Part shown: one piece after another, positions 1 to 11,668 of the stretch
How positions within the stretch are numbered: the stretch's first letter is position 1
Layout of the letters: the number at the start of each line of letters is the position of its first letter
Assembly: GCA_964187785.1 (NCBI GenBank)
Contig: OZ076409.1
Location: 95,234,001-95,298,000, forward strand
Direction of reading: 5' to 3'
Length of the DNA: 64,000 nt
Source of the DNA: Amphiscolops sp. MND2022
Taxonomy: Eukaryota
The notes under the pieces: generated by a model
What the model saw: the letters and a program-made list of their open reading frames with translations, nothing else
Database searches by the model: none
Told to the model about the DNA's origin: nothing
Position numbers and translations under genes: made by a program

Positions 1-45
1 AATCTTCCTCGTATCTGTTTGGGGGGTCTTCGATGGTGTAGGCCT

Positions 46-93
46 CGCGTCTACTTTTTCCCCGAACCGTAAACGCGGCGATTTTAGTTTTTT
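46..93 (-). promoter_or_regulatory. Putative -1 ribosomal frameshift signal (gag-pol)
   Basis: A-AAA-AAC heptamer (93-87) just before gag TAA, then stem CGCGTTTAC/GTAGACGCG; -1 frame open to window edge. Confidence 0.7.
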
Positions 94-1493
94 GTTTGGG
101 TATTGGCGGTGGGGACAGGGGCGTCACTGATTTTGTCCGTGGGGATGGTGAATTCCCTCTTCTTTCGTCTGGGGTCATTTGCCGCATTTGCTCCGTTCCA
201 ACAATTCTCGGTTTTGTGCATTTTTCCGCATGTATTGCACTTGGGTTTGGGGGCTTCGCTTTGGTTTAAGTCTTTGGTAGGAGGTTTGGCGTTGTTGTAG
301 CGTTCTCTCTGGAGCCTGCGACACTGTGCTTTATAGTGGCCGTATTTGCCGCAGTGGAAACAATGACCTCGTTGTTGTTGGTCTTTTTTGTCTTCCGTCA
401 CTACAGCGTCCACTGTGTTGAGTGGGACTAGGGTGGTTTCATCGGGCGCTCCTAGTCCGTTTAATCGCATTTCCCGTTCGAGGTGGAGAATTATATCATT
501 GTAGGGTTTATCCTCCAAGTATGCCCTGTTGAGTATCTTTTTTACGTGGTCGGGCATTTTGGCGTAGATTGCGTTGTCGATGAATTTCTGTGCTTCAGAG
601 CCAAACGCTTCTTTGGCGGTTTTTTGTAGGACATCAAGGAATTCGTGTAGTTTTTGTATGGTGGGGTCAAAGTGGAGTGCGTCCCACTCGCATCTTGCTT
701 TGGCGGAGGATTGAAAATCGCCAAAACGTCGTTTGAAAGCCGTTATGACTTCTTCCAGATTGTCTTTTTTAGTGTCGTCTAAGTTGCAGTACGCTTGAAG
801 TGCGTTCCCGCGTAGTAGTGAGTGGAAATAGTTGATTTTTTGGATTTCCGTCAAGTGGGGATACATTTTAATATTGTTTCGGAACAAGTCCTCAAAAAGT
901 TCAAATTTTTCGGACTTACCATCGAAAACTGGAAGCGAAGCTGTGAGGGCTTTCGGCATCGGAAGTGGGTGGGCAGATGGGAACGTCTGCGGTTGTGGTG
1001 CGAACAGTATCTTTGACGTGGATGGTCGGTCTTTTGGTTGTTCGGTGAGTATACGTTGTGCTTTTGGTCTTTTGGTGGGTTGGTTAGTGGAATCATTGAG
1101 GACTCCTGTCACCATGTTACGACTATTGTTCGGTGTTGTTTTAGAACTAGTCGCAGTTTGTGTTTTGACTGGGGTGGACGTTCTTGCTACGGAGATGTTT
1201 TCTTGGTCAGAATCAGAATCTTGCAAGTTCGGATTAACTGAACGTTTCTTGCTCGCAGGTGCTATTAATTTGAGCATTTCCTTTTGATTTTCAGCTAATA
1301 TTTTTGTTAGATCAGTCATTATCTCTTTTCTCAGTGTTGTTTTTATTTCCTCCAGATTTTCAAGCTCAAGTCTAGGGTTTTTACTAGAGCTAGGTATCAG
1401 GTTCTCAGTGGAGTTATTTTCAGTTAGAGAAGCTTCAAAATCTCCCGACGCTAACTCGGCTATAGCTTTTCTCTTCTGGCTCCTTGTCGTCAT
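84..1493 (-). CDS. gag: Gag of a Ty3/Gypsy-type LTR retrotransposon (469 aa from MTTRSQKRK); pol would continue beyond the window start
   Basis: Intact ORF with LPVFDG..EKFELFEDLF capsid-like region and CCHC knuckles CFHCGKYGHYKAQC and CNTCGKMHKTENC; ATG at 1493 matches the start of the homologous ORF at 63723. Confidence 0.9.
   Translation of the reverse strand: MTTRSQKRKAIAELASGDFEASLTENNSTENLIPSSSKNPRLELENLEEIKTTLRKEIMTDLTKILAENQKEMLKLIAPASKKRSVNPNLQDSDSDQENISVARTSTPVKTQTATSSKTTPNNSRNMVTGVLNDSTNQPTKRPKAQRILTEQPKDRPSTSKILFAPQPQTFPSAHPLPMPKALTASLPVFDGKSEKFELFEDLFRNNIKMYPHLTEIQKINYFHSLLRGNALQAYCNLDDTKKDNLEEVITAFKRRFGDFQSSAKARCEWDALHFDPTIQKLHEFLDVLQKTAKEAFGSEAQKFIDNAIYAKMPDHVKKILNRAYLEDKPYNDIILHLEREMRLNGLGAPDETTLVPLNTVDAVVTEDKKDQQQRGHCFHCGKYGHYKAQCRRLQRERYNNAKPPTKDLNQSEAPKPKCNTCGKMHKTENCWNGANAANDPRRKKREFTIPTDKISDAPVPTANTQTKN
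1102..1114 (-). promoter_or_regulatory. Primer-binding site, tRNA-Leu-like
   Basis: TGGTGACAGGAGT directly after LTR terminal CA; one mismatch to the usual Leu PBS TGGTGTCAGGAGT. Confidence 0.7.
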
Positions 1494-3014
1494 TTTCAAA
1501 GTTAAGATATCAGAGTCTTTGGCAAGAATTAAATTCTTTAAAGAAATTTTGGGTTTTCGTAATTTCAACGAGCAACAAAATTTTGAAACAAATTCAAGTT
1601 CGACTAAAAATACATGTCCTCTCTACATATTTATACCTTCTTAGCATCATTTGTTCCTCACCTAAAAATTCCTAGGAATCCTAAAAATCGGGTTTGTTCA
1701 ACAAAATTCGCCGATGATTCAAATTATTTCAGTCTGGCGTCATAAATTCAGGTATCGGAATTCCTAGTTGCGTCAACATTCCGTGAGACTTTGTTGAAAT
1801 CATTTTTGTTCAGATAATTCATTTCCTGTTTGGTCTTCAGAACCGCGGTAAAATAGAAATCTAACTGACATTTTCATCGACGCAAGCACGCCGGCGTGAA
1901 CTATTAGTCAATATTCAACTCAAGGAGTTGGAATTTTGAGGAAAAAGATGATGTTCAAAAAGGGCGACGGAAACGATACGTCGCTGAAAATTCGCCGTTG
2001 AGAATATTTGAAATGAGAAACAAATGATGCTAATGGACATTAAGACAGACTGACTTCAGTATACAACAAACATGAAATCCAACATAAAAATTGACTTGGG
2101 TTACGGGAATACTCCGTATCATGTCCCAAATACTAACTAACTGCAACAGCACAAGAATAAAACAATGTAACAAAGGCATTTCAAAACTGGTACAAATCCG
2201 AAATTGCTTTCGGGATCATTCATTCATCATTATATTTAGGGTTAGGTTATAAAATTAGCATCAAACAGACATCAGTATAATTTACGTATACACTTCGTGA
2301 CTTGGAATTAGGTCCTGAGTAGTACAGCTTTTATCATACAGAAAACATGACGTAAGTTTACGAGGATTAGTGCAAAATTCATCACCATCAACTGATTATA
2401 AACTGCAAAAAGGCATTGGCATGAATTACGGGTACACTCCGTAATATAGTATTTGAGAGGTGCAGCAATAGCGTAAGAAATTAATATAGAATTCAGGACA
2501 TTACAACTTTGTTCTTCTCATAATTCTTCCTTACAATGCAGCTGTTTTCCCCTAAAACTTAATCAAGAAATTCCTTAGCTTATAACGAATCAGGAAAATT
2601 CTCTTAAACTTTCATTCGTTCCATTCTTCCCTAACTATATATTCTCAAATCACTCCGTAAATGCTTCGTATGTATTAAGATTGCTTATAGTAGAGAGGTG
2701 GATTACAATTTTACAATTCGCCACGTAACTGCTACGTACGTATAAAGATTGCTTATAGCTAGTAGGTCAGAGCGGACGGAAAGCGAGCGGAACGCGTAGG
2801 CGAATTCATTCTTTCTCTCTTATTCTGATTGGCGTTGCTAGGGGCAACCGAATTCAATACCGCTCGCGCTAGCTAAGAATAATCCTGCCGAGGAGGTGAC
2901 GTTATTAGTCCGCGAAAGTGGAAATATCTAATTTTAGCTCAGTAGAGTGACGCTGTCATTACGTTGTAAATCCCCTCTTAAGTCACTTGATTGCGCCTTA
3001 AGTGGGTATTGACA
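1115..3014 (-). mobile_element. 5' LTR of the Gypsy-type element (3' end certain, 5' end approximate)
   Basis: Ends ...GTCGTAACA at 1115 exactly where similarity to the 63348 copy stops; immediately followed by a TGG PBS; 5' boundary guessed at TGTCAATAC (3014). Confidence 0.7.
1603..1635 (-). promoter_or_regulatory. LTR core promoter: TATA box plus initiator-like TTAGT
   Basis: TATAAATA (1635-1628) 30 nt upstream of TTAGT (1607-1603); same spacing conserved at 63858-63825. Confidence 0.6.
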
Positions 3015-3340
3015 ACTACTTTACCACAGAGAACACCAAAACAATTCTGTCTTTTATGTATTTTTCCTTTTAGATCGTATGGATTCCGTTGGGATTGCGG
3101 GATTTTAAATGTGTTTTATTTTAGTGTGGAACTGAAGAAAAATCCTTGTTGTTAAATGTCTATTTTGGTATTTAGATCAGTATGGCAAACTTCAGAAGAT
3201 TAACCGGATATGGAAGATCTATTAAGCGTGAAATCTTTTAACCGGAAGTTTTAGCTAAAATTCATTTCCTAAAATATTCCGTGACGTATACGTTAGATTC
3301 TTATTCTGAAAAATTATCTACGAAATAATTTTAGCTGCAC

Positions 3341-4160
3341 TGTAAGTAGAATTATATTAGTTTAGTTAGTATTTTAATGGTACTTGCAGTATCCTCTTCC
3401 TCTGCCTCTTCCTAGGGCGAAACACCATTCACACCCACAACCGGGAGCGGGTCGTGACATCCACAATGCCATTCAGATTGCGACATCTTTATGTTTTGTA
3501 CGCTGAACGGTTAACACCTTCAGCAGAATCTCAGACTATGTCAGCTGCGATGACGGGTTCATACTGCTTCAACCAGAGGTTTGCCAGGATGACTGCCATG
3601 GCTTCTCCCGTGGATACTTCGTTCTGTATATACCAGTCATCAGACCTCGCACGTAGATCAGACCTCGATGACTGTCAATTCCATCATTCATTTCAAGGTT
3701 CTCCTGGACTCCTTCAGGTTTCTTCTCGACTTCATAGAGTCTTTAACAGGCTAATTCAATCGCTTCATGTACCTTACGTTGGTATACAGGCTGTTCACAT
3801 CTAGGAAGAAAATTCTTCTCGGTTCCGTGTAGCTTTGTCGCTTTCAGCATTCCATTTACTTTCCGCGTTGACATCTCAATGTCGTCATCCGGGACTTGAT
3901 CGAATTTCTTCGCGAGTCACCTCTTTAATTGGTCGTAGAAACTGCCAGGCAACGAGGTGACTGATCTCAGATGGATCTTTCTATTCGACCTTTGCAAGTC
4001 CATAGAGTCCTGTCAGCTGAGCTCTTGTACTGCGTATGTTTTTATATAGCTTCTGGTTTCAGATTCGTCACATTTTCGTCATTTCCTTCAGTTCTTTATT
4101 TACATTTCCGTCAATAGTCAGAGCTGGGTTCTTTTCACCTATCCTCTCTGAAGTTTCACG
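3341..4160 (-). mobile_element. LTR (U3) fragment related to the LTR at 63348-64000
   Basis: Shares tgtaagtagaatt..ttttaat.gta.ttgc and accgggagcg with 63895-64000; right boundary approximate. Confidence 0.5.
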
Positions 4161-4604
4161 AACTGTTGGTCAAAAAGAATGTCATTGAGTTTTCTCAATT
4201 TGGTATTTTGAGACATTAGGCAGAAACCCAAACCCATGTCAAGGGAGTTGCCTTGATTTTGTGCTTAATCAAGTAGTATTTTACTTTCTTCAGCATTGGA
4301 TCGATCTTAAGCATTAGTCTATCAATGCCAAAATGCTGACTCTAACCTCACGGACCTAACGTTCTCATAATTTTGGGCAATGTCTGAGATTTCCAAATTG
4401 TGTCTCCAAAATTGTGATTTGTTTGAAAGTATCAATTCGGCAAAATATGTCCGATTGATATTAGTACAGATGGTCCGTCGGTGTGACAATGAGTAAGCTC
4501 CGAAAGTACCGTCTCTCATATTAATTAGAAACTATCAAAGAACGAGCATCAATTTGTTAAACCATGGTGAATTGGTTCTTTCGTTCCTTCTGCCACCTGA
4601 AGAA

Positions 4605-5147
4605 GCAAGCCGGGAACGGCCCAAGTCGGTGCCACATCAAAGGCCCAAAAATAGCGAAAATACATCAAAGTGTCAAAGTATTCTCTTCTACAGTACCCGA
4701 AAAACCCAAAGGCTAGACCAAATTGGTGCGCCGGGGCACCCTTAGAGAAGGGGAGACCCTTTAGTGAAATTTTTTTCCGAAAAAGTCTCACAATGCCGAA
4801 AAAAACTAAAATGTGGGACCCTCTAGGATTTTTCAACAACCATTCTGCAACAAAACATCAAAAATGAAGGGGGACCCTTTGGTGAAAAAAATTTCGATAT
4901 AAGTCTCAATGCCGAAAAAAACTGAAAGTGGGGACCTTTTAGTCTCCAGTTTTGTATGTTATGCTAGAAAAGGGACAACACTTATTGTCCAGTTCCCTGG
5001 GCTAAAAGGTAGAATTTGGCGCCCTAAAATTTCGAAATTTTGTGGAACTTTTGTAGAACTATTTTGGACACTTCAGGTGTATTGAACACAACTGATGAAG
5101 CCATGACTATAGTCGAGTTTTTTCTTATGAAAGGCGCCGATTAAAAA
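4605..5147 (-). mobile_element. Helentron-type non-autonomous element (HINE family A)
   Basis: Subterminal inverted repeat AGTCGGCGC/GCGCCGACT variants, 3' hairpin GCCG-TTCC-CGGC, T-rich ends. Confidence 0.6.
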
Positions 5148-5471
5148 TCGAATTCATATCTACTGTTTTATTGTTTTAGCAATCCAAAACAGGCATAATA
5201 TGTCCAAAAACACACCCGCTATGCACCGGGATATTTTCCGCTTTCAATTGACTAACAATAGACGCCTAATCGAAAATTTACCTCCTTGGCAAAGCGCAAT
5301 TTACTTCGGATATAACGTCAAAATTGTGATATAGCGCAGTATTTTCGAATCTACGCTTCCTCTTTAGTAAAACACAATTCAATTCGAATAAAACGTCAAA
5401 AGTTCGGTTATAGCGTGCTGATACAAATGGGAGCGCATTTTATTGGACCTCCGCCTCCTCCTTAGTAAATG

Positions 5472-5972
5472 AACAAGACGAGAACGCCTCAAGTCGGCGC
5501 TATATCTAAGGCTCAAAAAGCGCAAAACATTTTTTTTTGGAAAAAAACTTGAAATTTTCGAAAAAAAATTTCTTTCGGAAAATGTCGCACAGTGCCGAAA
5601 AATGTAAAAGGGGGGACCCTTTTTGATTTATAAACACGCATTCTGTAGCAAAATAACAAAAAACTCAAAGGGGGGACCCTTTGGGGACATTAAAAAAAAT
5701 TCGAAAAAAAATCTCACAGCGCCGAAAAAAAATCGAAAGGGGGGGGGGGTACGAAACTTTAGTCCCGTCCGGGCTTGTATGTAACGTTTAAAAAGTAAAT
5801 GAATGCGCTCCCCGTTTGCCTTTAGCGGTCCAGTAGTTTAGTACTTATTTAGTGGTTGAACGTTAATTTTAACGTTCGTCGCTTCGAGTCTGTCTTAAAT
5901 AAAAAAAAGAAAAAAAAACGAGTGACTGTAATAGTCGGGCTTTTTTCTTAAGAAAAACGCCGACTAAAAAAA
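5472..5972 (-). mobile_element. HINE family A copy
   Basis: Same termini and internal AAAGGGGGACCC/GTGCCGAAAAA modules. Confidence 0.6.
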
Positions 5973-6900
5973 GTTCGATATAACGTCAAAAGTTTGGAAA
6001 TTGCGCAATGTTATCGAATTTTCGCTCCCTCTATAGTAAAACGCAATTTACTTCGTATATAAAAACAAAATTATTTCGTATATTTATTATTTCTGTGATA
6101 GCAGGAATAATATTGAAACCTCAAGTTGTAAACTTTTTTCAGTAAAATTCTTGTGATACTGAAAAATTCAGATATTTTTTTTCACCAGTGACTATAAGCG
6201 TGAGAATTAAATTTCTCAAACTGCTGACGAAAATTCAATTCTCGTGCGAATGAACGAACGAGTGGTAATTATGAATTTGTACGCTGACGTCATTGAGATG
6301 GCGAGCGAATGTTCGCACTTATGCTTTCGTACGCCGAGTTATTGAGATGAAGCGAATGAGTGTTAATTATTCGTTCGCCGAGAGATTCGCCTGCATTCAA
6401 ATGCAAATGCGAAACTTCGTATACGCTTAGTAGTTATATATGCTTTAGTCCGGGATTTGAAGGCAGTATAAATTGGTACAGTGATTAACTGCGCTAAATG
6501 ATGATTAAACAGGAGTGCGTTTGTATTCCAGATATGATTCTATTATTAATGAAAGTTTAAAGCTGAAATAATAGTGTTTCCCGGAGGGGCCTTTTTCGGT
6601 AGAACGCAATTTACTTCGTATACAAGTGGATGTAAACTAGTCAAGTGGGTGTAAAATAGCCAAGTGGATGGAGATCGTCACGATGGAGATTTGGCAGAAT
6701 GTGGAAAAAACGCAACACAGATTATAATTTTCCTCCCGCATTATATGTGGGCGGAAAATAATAAAGACGTGGAATGAGCATAGGCTCTTCGAGTCCTCGC
6801 CCTGAGAACCAATCCTAACACTTAGTTGGGTTCAAACTCAATTCTTGTCGTTTTTACTTTTTTGAAGCTTGTCCTATCCAAAATTAGTTCATTATTTAGA

Positions 6901-7449
6901 AACAAGCCGGGAACGGCCCAAGTCGGCGCCATATCTAAGGCTCAAAAATAGCAAAAGGACTTCAATGTGTCAGGTATTCTCTTCTACAAAACCTACGTGA
7001 GAAAAAACTAGAAAAAAAATTAATTTTTTTTTTGAAATTTTTTTTGATTTTTTTTGGTCCTCGGTAAGTCGCATAGTGCCGACAAATGTAAAAGGGGGCA
7101 TTTGGGAGTTTTTGAACATCCATTCTTTGGAAAAATGGGGAAAAAATGAAGGGGGACCCTCTGGAGACATTAAAAAATTTGCGAAAAAAAGTCTCACAAA
7201 GCCGAAAACAAACCTGCACAAAAACAATTTTGGTCATGGCGGGACTCGAACCCATGTCATTTTGCTTGTCAGACCTCGAAAAAGCCGTAGTGGCCAAGTG
7301 GCAGTGAAGTAGTGTGGCACAGTTTAGTGTTAGTGCCGGTTTAGTGCCAACTTATAAAATTTACAAAATCTGTCAGTTCGTTGGTCTTAAAAAAAAAAGA
7401 AGTCACTACTATCGTCTGCGTTTTTCTTCGAAAAGCGCCGACTAAAAAA
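6901..7449 (-). mobile_element. HINE family A copy with tRNA-like B-box
   Basis: Both termini present; GGGTTCGAGTCCC at 7253-7241. Confidence 0.65.
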
Positions 7450-8155
7450 GACTAAAAAGTTGCGCTTTATGTATGATATATGACGTGGACAGTCCGGAAA
7501 TACATTGTTTGAGTTGAAATTTTGACTTTTCTCCTAATTCAAATGGTATCAGTTTCATTTGCTGTACTCCATTGAACGGTTTTCTCAACATATTTTTCAG
7601 AGATTTGTTTTTGATGACAACAATTCATTTCTTCAAACTCCACGTGTCAATAATTTTTATTCCAAAACCCTGTTAGTAGTTATCACGTGTCTTGCGAGTG
7701 TCGGAGACTAATGGGCCTGTAAAATTGATCATCGTGCGTGCAGAACCCATTAAGTAGGAGATGTTTCACCGGGGTAAAAGTATTCTTGAAACATGAAAAT
7801 AGCATTTAAAAAAGCCTCACTTTAACTTAACATTCTTGGTGGGTAGCAGTTATTGGTTTTTAGAAGTAATCAGTTTTCCTGGGAATGTGTGTCACAGCCC
7901 ACTAGCTGTGTGGGACCCGAGGCGCATCAGTAAATAAAGGTACACAAGAGCAGCCACCAGCCTATACTTTGAAACTGACAATTTGGAACATTACTGGTTT
8001 TATTTGTTTCCGTTGAAGTCAATCAAACATTTAGGTCTTAAAATAGGTCTTGTTTTATACATTGTGAAAAGCTTACATTAGATCAAAATCCAAACCTATT
8101 TACTGAAGCATTGATTCGATGACTAATTGGTTACATAACAACATCATTTTTCAAG

Positions 8156-9377
8156 TGTGACATTGTTCAGTGATCACTCATGCTAATGACTATACGTCAT
8201 TACGCAGCTTGAACTCTGCCGAGTATTCACAATTATACGTTTTGTGTGACTATATCATGCGGCATCCTGCGGAACGATGCCTGACGAGTAATCGTCACTA
8301 TACGGTTCAATATCATACGGCATCCTACGGTTCGATAACTAACGTATACTAGTCAGTATGCCTTTTTTTAATAGCCATTTACCATAAGTCATGTTGATAT
8401 GCTGTTGAGTTATATCAACAGTAACGTGTCATACAAAACTTTGTGTTGTTTTCTAGGGTCTTTGGGACCCATTCTTTGGTTTTGCGTGTCATGTAGTGAG
8501 ATATAAATAAGCTGACGTGTTGATGATGTAATTCTATTTCTATATTTCCCCCCTGAATGACTCCAATAAAAAGGAGTGTCATGCCCTCAAGTTTTCGGAA
8601 GCAGGAGTACTGTGGAATTAGATTCACTCGAGAAATACCCTTCAACAGAATCAGTCGCTTAAAATCATCAGTTTGATACCTCTTAACGCCTAAAATCATC
8701 AGTGAAAGCAGTTTCAATCGGCAATTGTTTCTTTCTCGTCACCCTTTTGGATCTGAAAGATTCTTCAGTATAGTTCACATTCTTGACTCAACAAACTACC
8801 ATTTTCAACTGAGTAAATGGGTAACAAGAGTAATAGAAGGTCGAGAGAAGACTAGAAACTCCATCTCCGGAGAGAGAAGTGAAAGGACTCAGGTAGAAAT
8901 TCGAAATACAGGTAATATGACTTTAACTAACGTTATTTCTGAGAGCCAAGGAAATATAGGTGAATCTAACACTGAATCACAACAAAACGAACCCTGTTTG
9001 ATCAGTTACGAGATACAAGTTTGGACGCAAATACTAGAAGAAAAGAACAATGATAGAATAGGAAAAATTCGAGAAGTTCGAGTCAAAACTAAAGGAATGG
9101 AAAACTAGTAAAAGTGTATCCACTGCGACAAATCCAAGGTCAGACACTAACAATACTCAGAACCCCCAGCCGTCGGGATCAAAAGAAAATAGGTCTATGG
9201 GAGTACATGCATCAAACACTCTAGACTCAGATTCAGAAGAAGAAGATAGTCATCCCCTTAGAGCCTCTGACATGAATGAACTAAAGAACCCTGCTAAACC
9301 GTTCTGTCAAAATGAATTAAACTTGACTGAAACAATTATTTAAAATGAGGACTCTGAGGAGGAGGAGGATTATCACA
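8156..9377 (+). mobile_element. Solo LTR (second family) containing a decayed Gag-like N-terminal frame
   Basis: TGTGACA...TATCACA termini; frameshifted ORF from ATG 8817 (MGNKSNRRSR) to ...SEEEEDYH at the terminal CA; no TSD seen. Confidence 0.6.
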
Positions 9378-9714
9378 ATGTGTAAAAACATTATCCCTCT
9401 ATGTTTAACAAGACAAAAATCTAAAGACGGCGCACCAATGAAAACACAGAAAACGCCATTTCTTGTGAAACGCTAAATTACTGTTCTCATGAAAAGTCTG
9501 AAAAATCTCACACTGCTGGAAATTTACGAAGGGTGACCCTTTAAACGCAATGAATGTTTTTCCAAATGAAATTTTTGAAAGAAGCAGAGAGAAAAACGAA
9601 GTAAAGTTAGAACATTTTATAGAATGAGTCAGTTCGCTGGTTAGGAAAAGAAAAGTGACTAATATAGTCTGCACTTTCTAACGGAAAAGTAAAGCCACCG
9701 TAGTAGTCCTTGCA

Positions 9715-10115
9715 TTTTTAGTCGGCGTTTTCGAAGAAAATCCCGACTCTTACAGTGGCTAGTTTTTTTTTCGTCAGTTCAACGCGTACGTCCACTTTTT
9801 GTGCATTAATCCAATTAGTGCACATTTACCAACTTTTACCATATGTACTTAGTACTTCATTTTCAACGCATCCAAAGCGTCAAACATGAGATAAAAAGCG
9901 TCCCCCCTTTTACATTTTTCGGCACTATGCGACTTACCGGAAACTTCGAAAAAAAATTTCAAAAAAATTTTTTTTCTCAATTTTTAGTTTTTTGAGAGCT
10001 TTTGTTGTTTTTTCTTAAAAGGGTCCCCAATTCACCAATACTTTGACATTTTGAAGTCCTTCTGCTATTTTTGAGCATTAGATATGGCGCCGACTTGGGC
10101 CGGTCCCGGCTTGTT
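9715..10115 (+). mobile_element. HINE family A copy
   Basis: tttttagtcggcg...ggcgccgacttgggccggtcccggcttgtt. Confidence 0.6.
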
Positions 10116-10571
10116 TCAGAGAGCATCGGTTGAAATATGCTTTTATCTATTCAATTAAGAAAGGTTTCAGATATTTATTTTTTCAACGCAAGACAGGAAA
10201 GGGTTTTGAATCATTTTCTAACGCAGCATTTGTTTCGTGCTTATAATAAAACAAATGAGCTTCATAGATACTGCCAACTTCGATACAAAAAATTCAGAAC
10301 GATATTGTTTTTTTAAAATTGTTTTGTATAGCAAGGAAGCGATCACTTTCCTTGTGAACTTTTTGAATCAATGTCAATATTCTAGCATACTTCATTTTTT
10401 ATATTGGAAGTTCGATATTTGTATATGACTCTAAAGGTTCTCCCAAAAACGGAAACCAATGATTTTGAAAATTTTCTCGGCAATTTTTTCTATTCAATAA
10501 ATACGCAATTAACTGGATTTTCATTACAATACAATACACAATCAAGATACAGTTGATAGTGAATACTCAAC

Positions 10572-10980
10572 TTAAGACCAAGCGAACTTTGGCAGATCTG
10601 AGTTCTTGGAAACATTCAGTTTCGCAATTTGGGCTAATTTCCTTGTGAACTCAGTCATGGAATCGAACCTGAGTTTTCCTCTGGCAACTGCGTCCAGAGT
10701 TTGATTGGCCGGAGCCTCGTACTCTGGATGATAGAGCAATCGAACCATGTACCCACATTTGTGCATCAGCGGCAAATCGGCTTCCGGAGTTCTGGCTTTG
10801 TTTCTGGAGTAGCCAATGAAGGCCTCCTTGCAGTGAACTTCGGAGTCATTCAGTTGTTTCTGGAAAAGTCTCAGAAGGCTGAGTTTATCCTGGTTGCCGT
10901 AACTGTTCGTTTCGCGGAAAAAGAAGTAATACTGGTCTCGGAATAAAGGATGACTGCTTTTTGACAGGTAGTAATTCCGA
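10572..10980 (-). CDS. Terminal exon of glycosyltransferase-like host gene
   Basis: CAG acceptor, phase 2; SRNYYL..FFRETNSYGNQDKLSLL..CGYMVRL..; stop at 10572. Confidence 0.75.
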
Positions 10981-11513
10981 CTGGTTGCAATCAAGCATGG
11001 TTATACGTTACTTATTGTAGTTACTTTTTATAGGTGCTACCGAAACTTTTGAAGTACATAAACTTTTTTTACTTCCGGGATGATTCTTATTTTTTTAGCT
11101 TAGGCTGAAATAACTTTTTTTCGATAAAAAAACAAGATGCAAATAGTAAGTATAAAATCAAGATCAAGTTACGCCGATTCGAAAAATAGTTGTAATATTT
11201 TAAATGAAGTGTATATAGGGTGGGAGGAATTTTTCCCAGTTCGTGAAAGTTTGAAACGTAAAATTACGTAAAAAAAACTACATTCACGAACTGAAAAAAA
11301 TTCCTCCCCCTTATATACACTACTTTAGTGGTTGCTAATTTAGAGGTGATAATTTCTGGAATGACTTATTTGTCAGTATAGAGAGCAATTGGCATCTGAC
11401 TCAAAGAATACTTGTTTACGGTTGAAAACTTTCGAAACGTGATATTTTCAAATAACTTTAGGATTTTTGTAGCAAAAATTCGTTGAGAATGTTGCAATGG
11501 GAATGAAGCATGC

Positions 11514-11668
11514 CTGATTGCAATTTGGCATTCCTGTTGCCCCGAAAGGTTAGGGAACAGCTTTGCGTATGTAGTTTGCATGTTGATTTCCGCTTTGTGT
11601 TGTAACCTCACCATGGGCACGTAGTGCAATAGATAAGAGTTCGGTTTCGGCATGAACGATTGCAGAGC
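11514..11668 (-). CDS. Internal exon of glycosyltransferase-like gene
   Basis: TTTTTCAG acceptor, phase 0; ALQSF..HYVPMVRL..QQECQIAI; a phase-2 donor is needed (AG|GC at 11513 preferred). Confidence 0.7.

Noticed and set aside
1494..1568. 25-codon N-terminal extension of gag from TTG in the ORF track
   Set aside because: Non-ATG start; similarity to the 63723 copy begins at MTTRSQKRK
7235..7260. tRNA gene suggested by B-box GGGTTCGAGTCCC (also ~57660, 59190, 63065)
   Set aside because: No cloverleaf could be built; motif sits inside dispersed repeats
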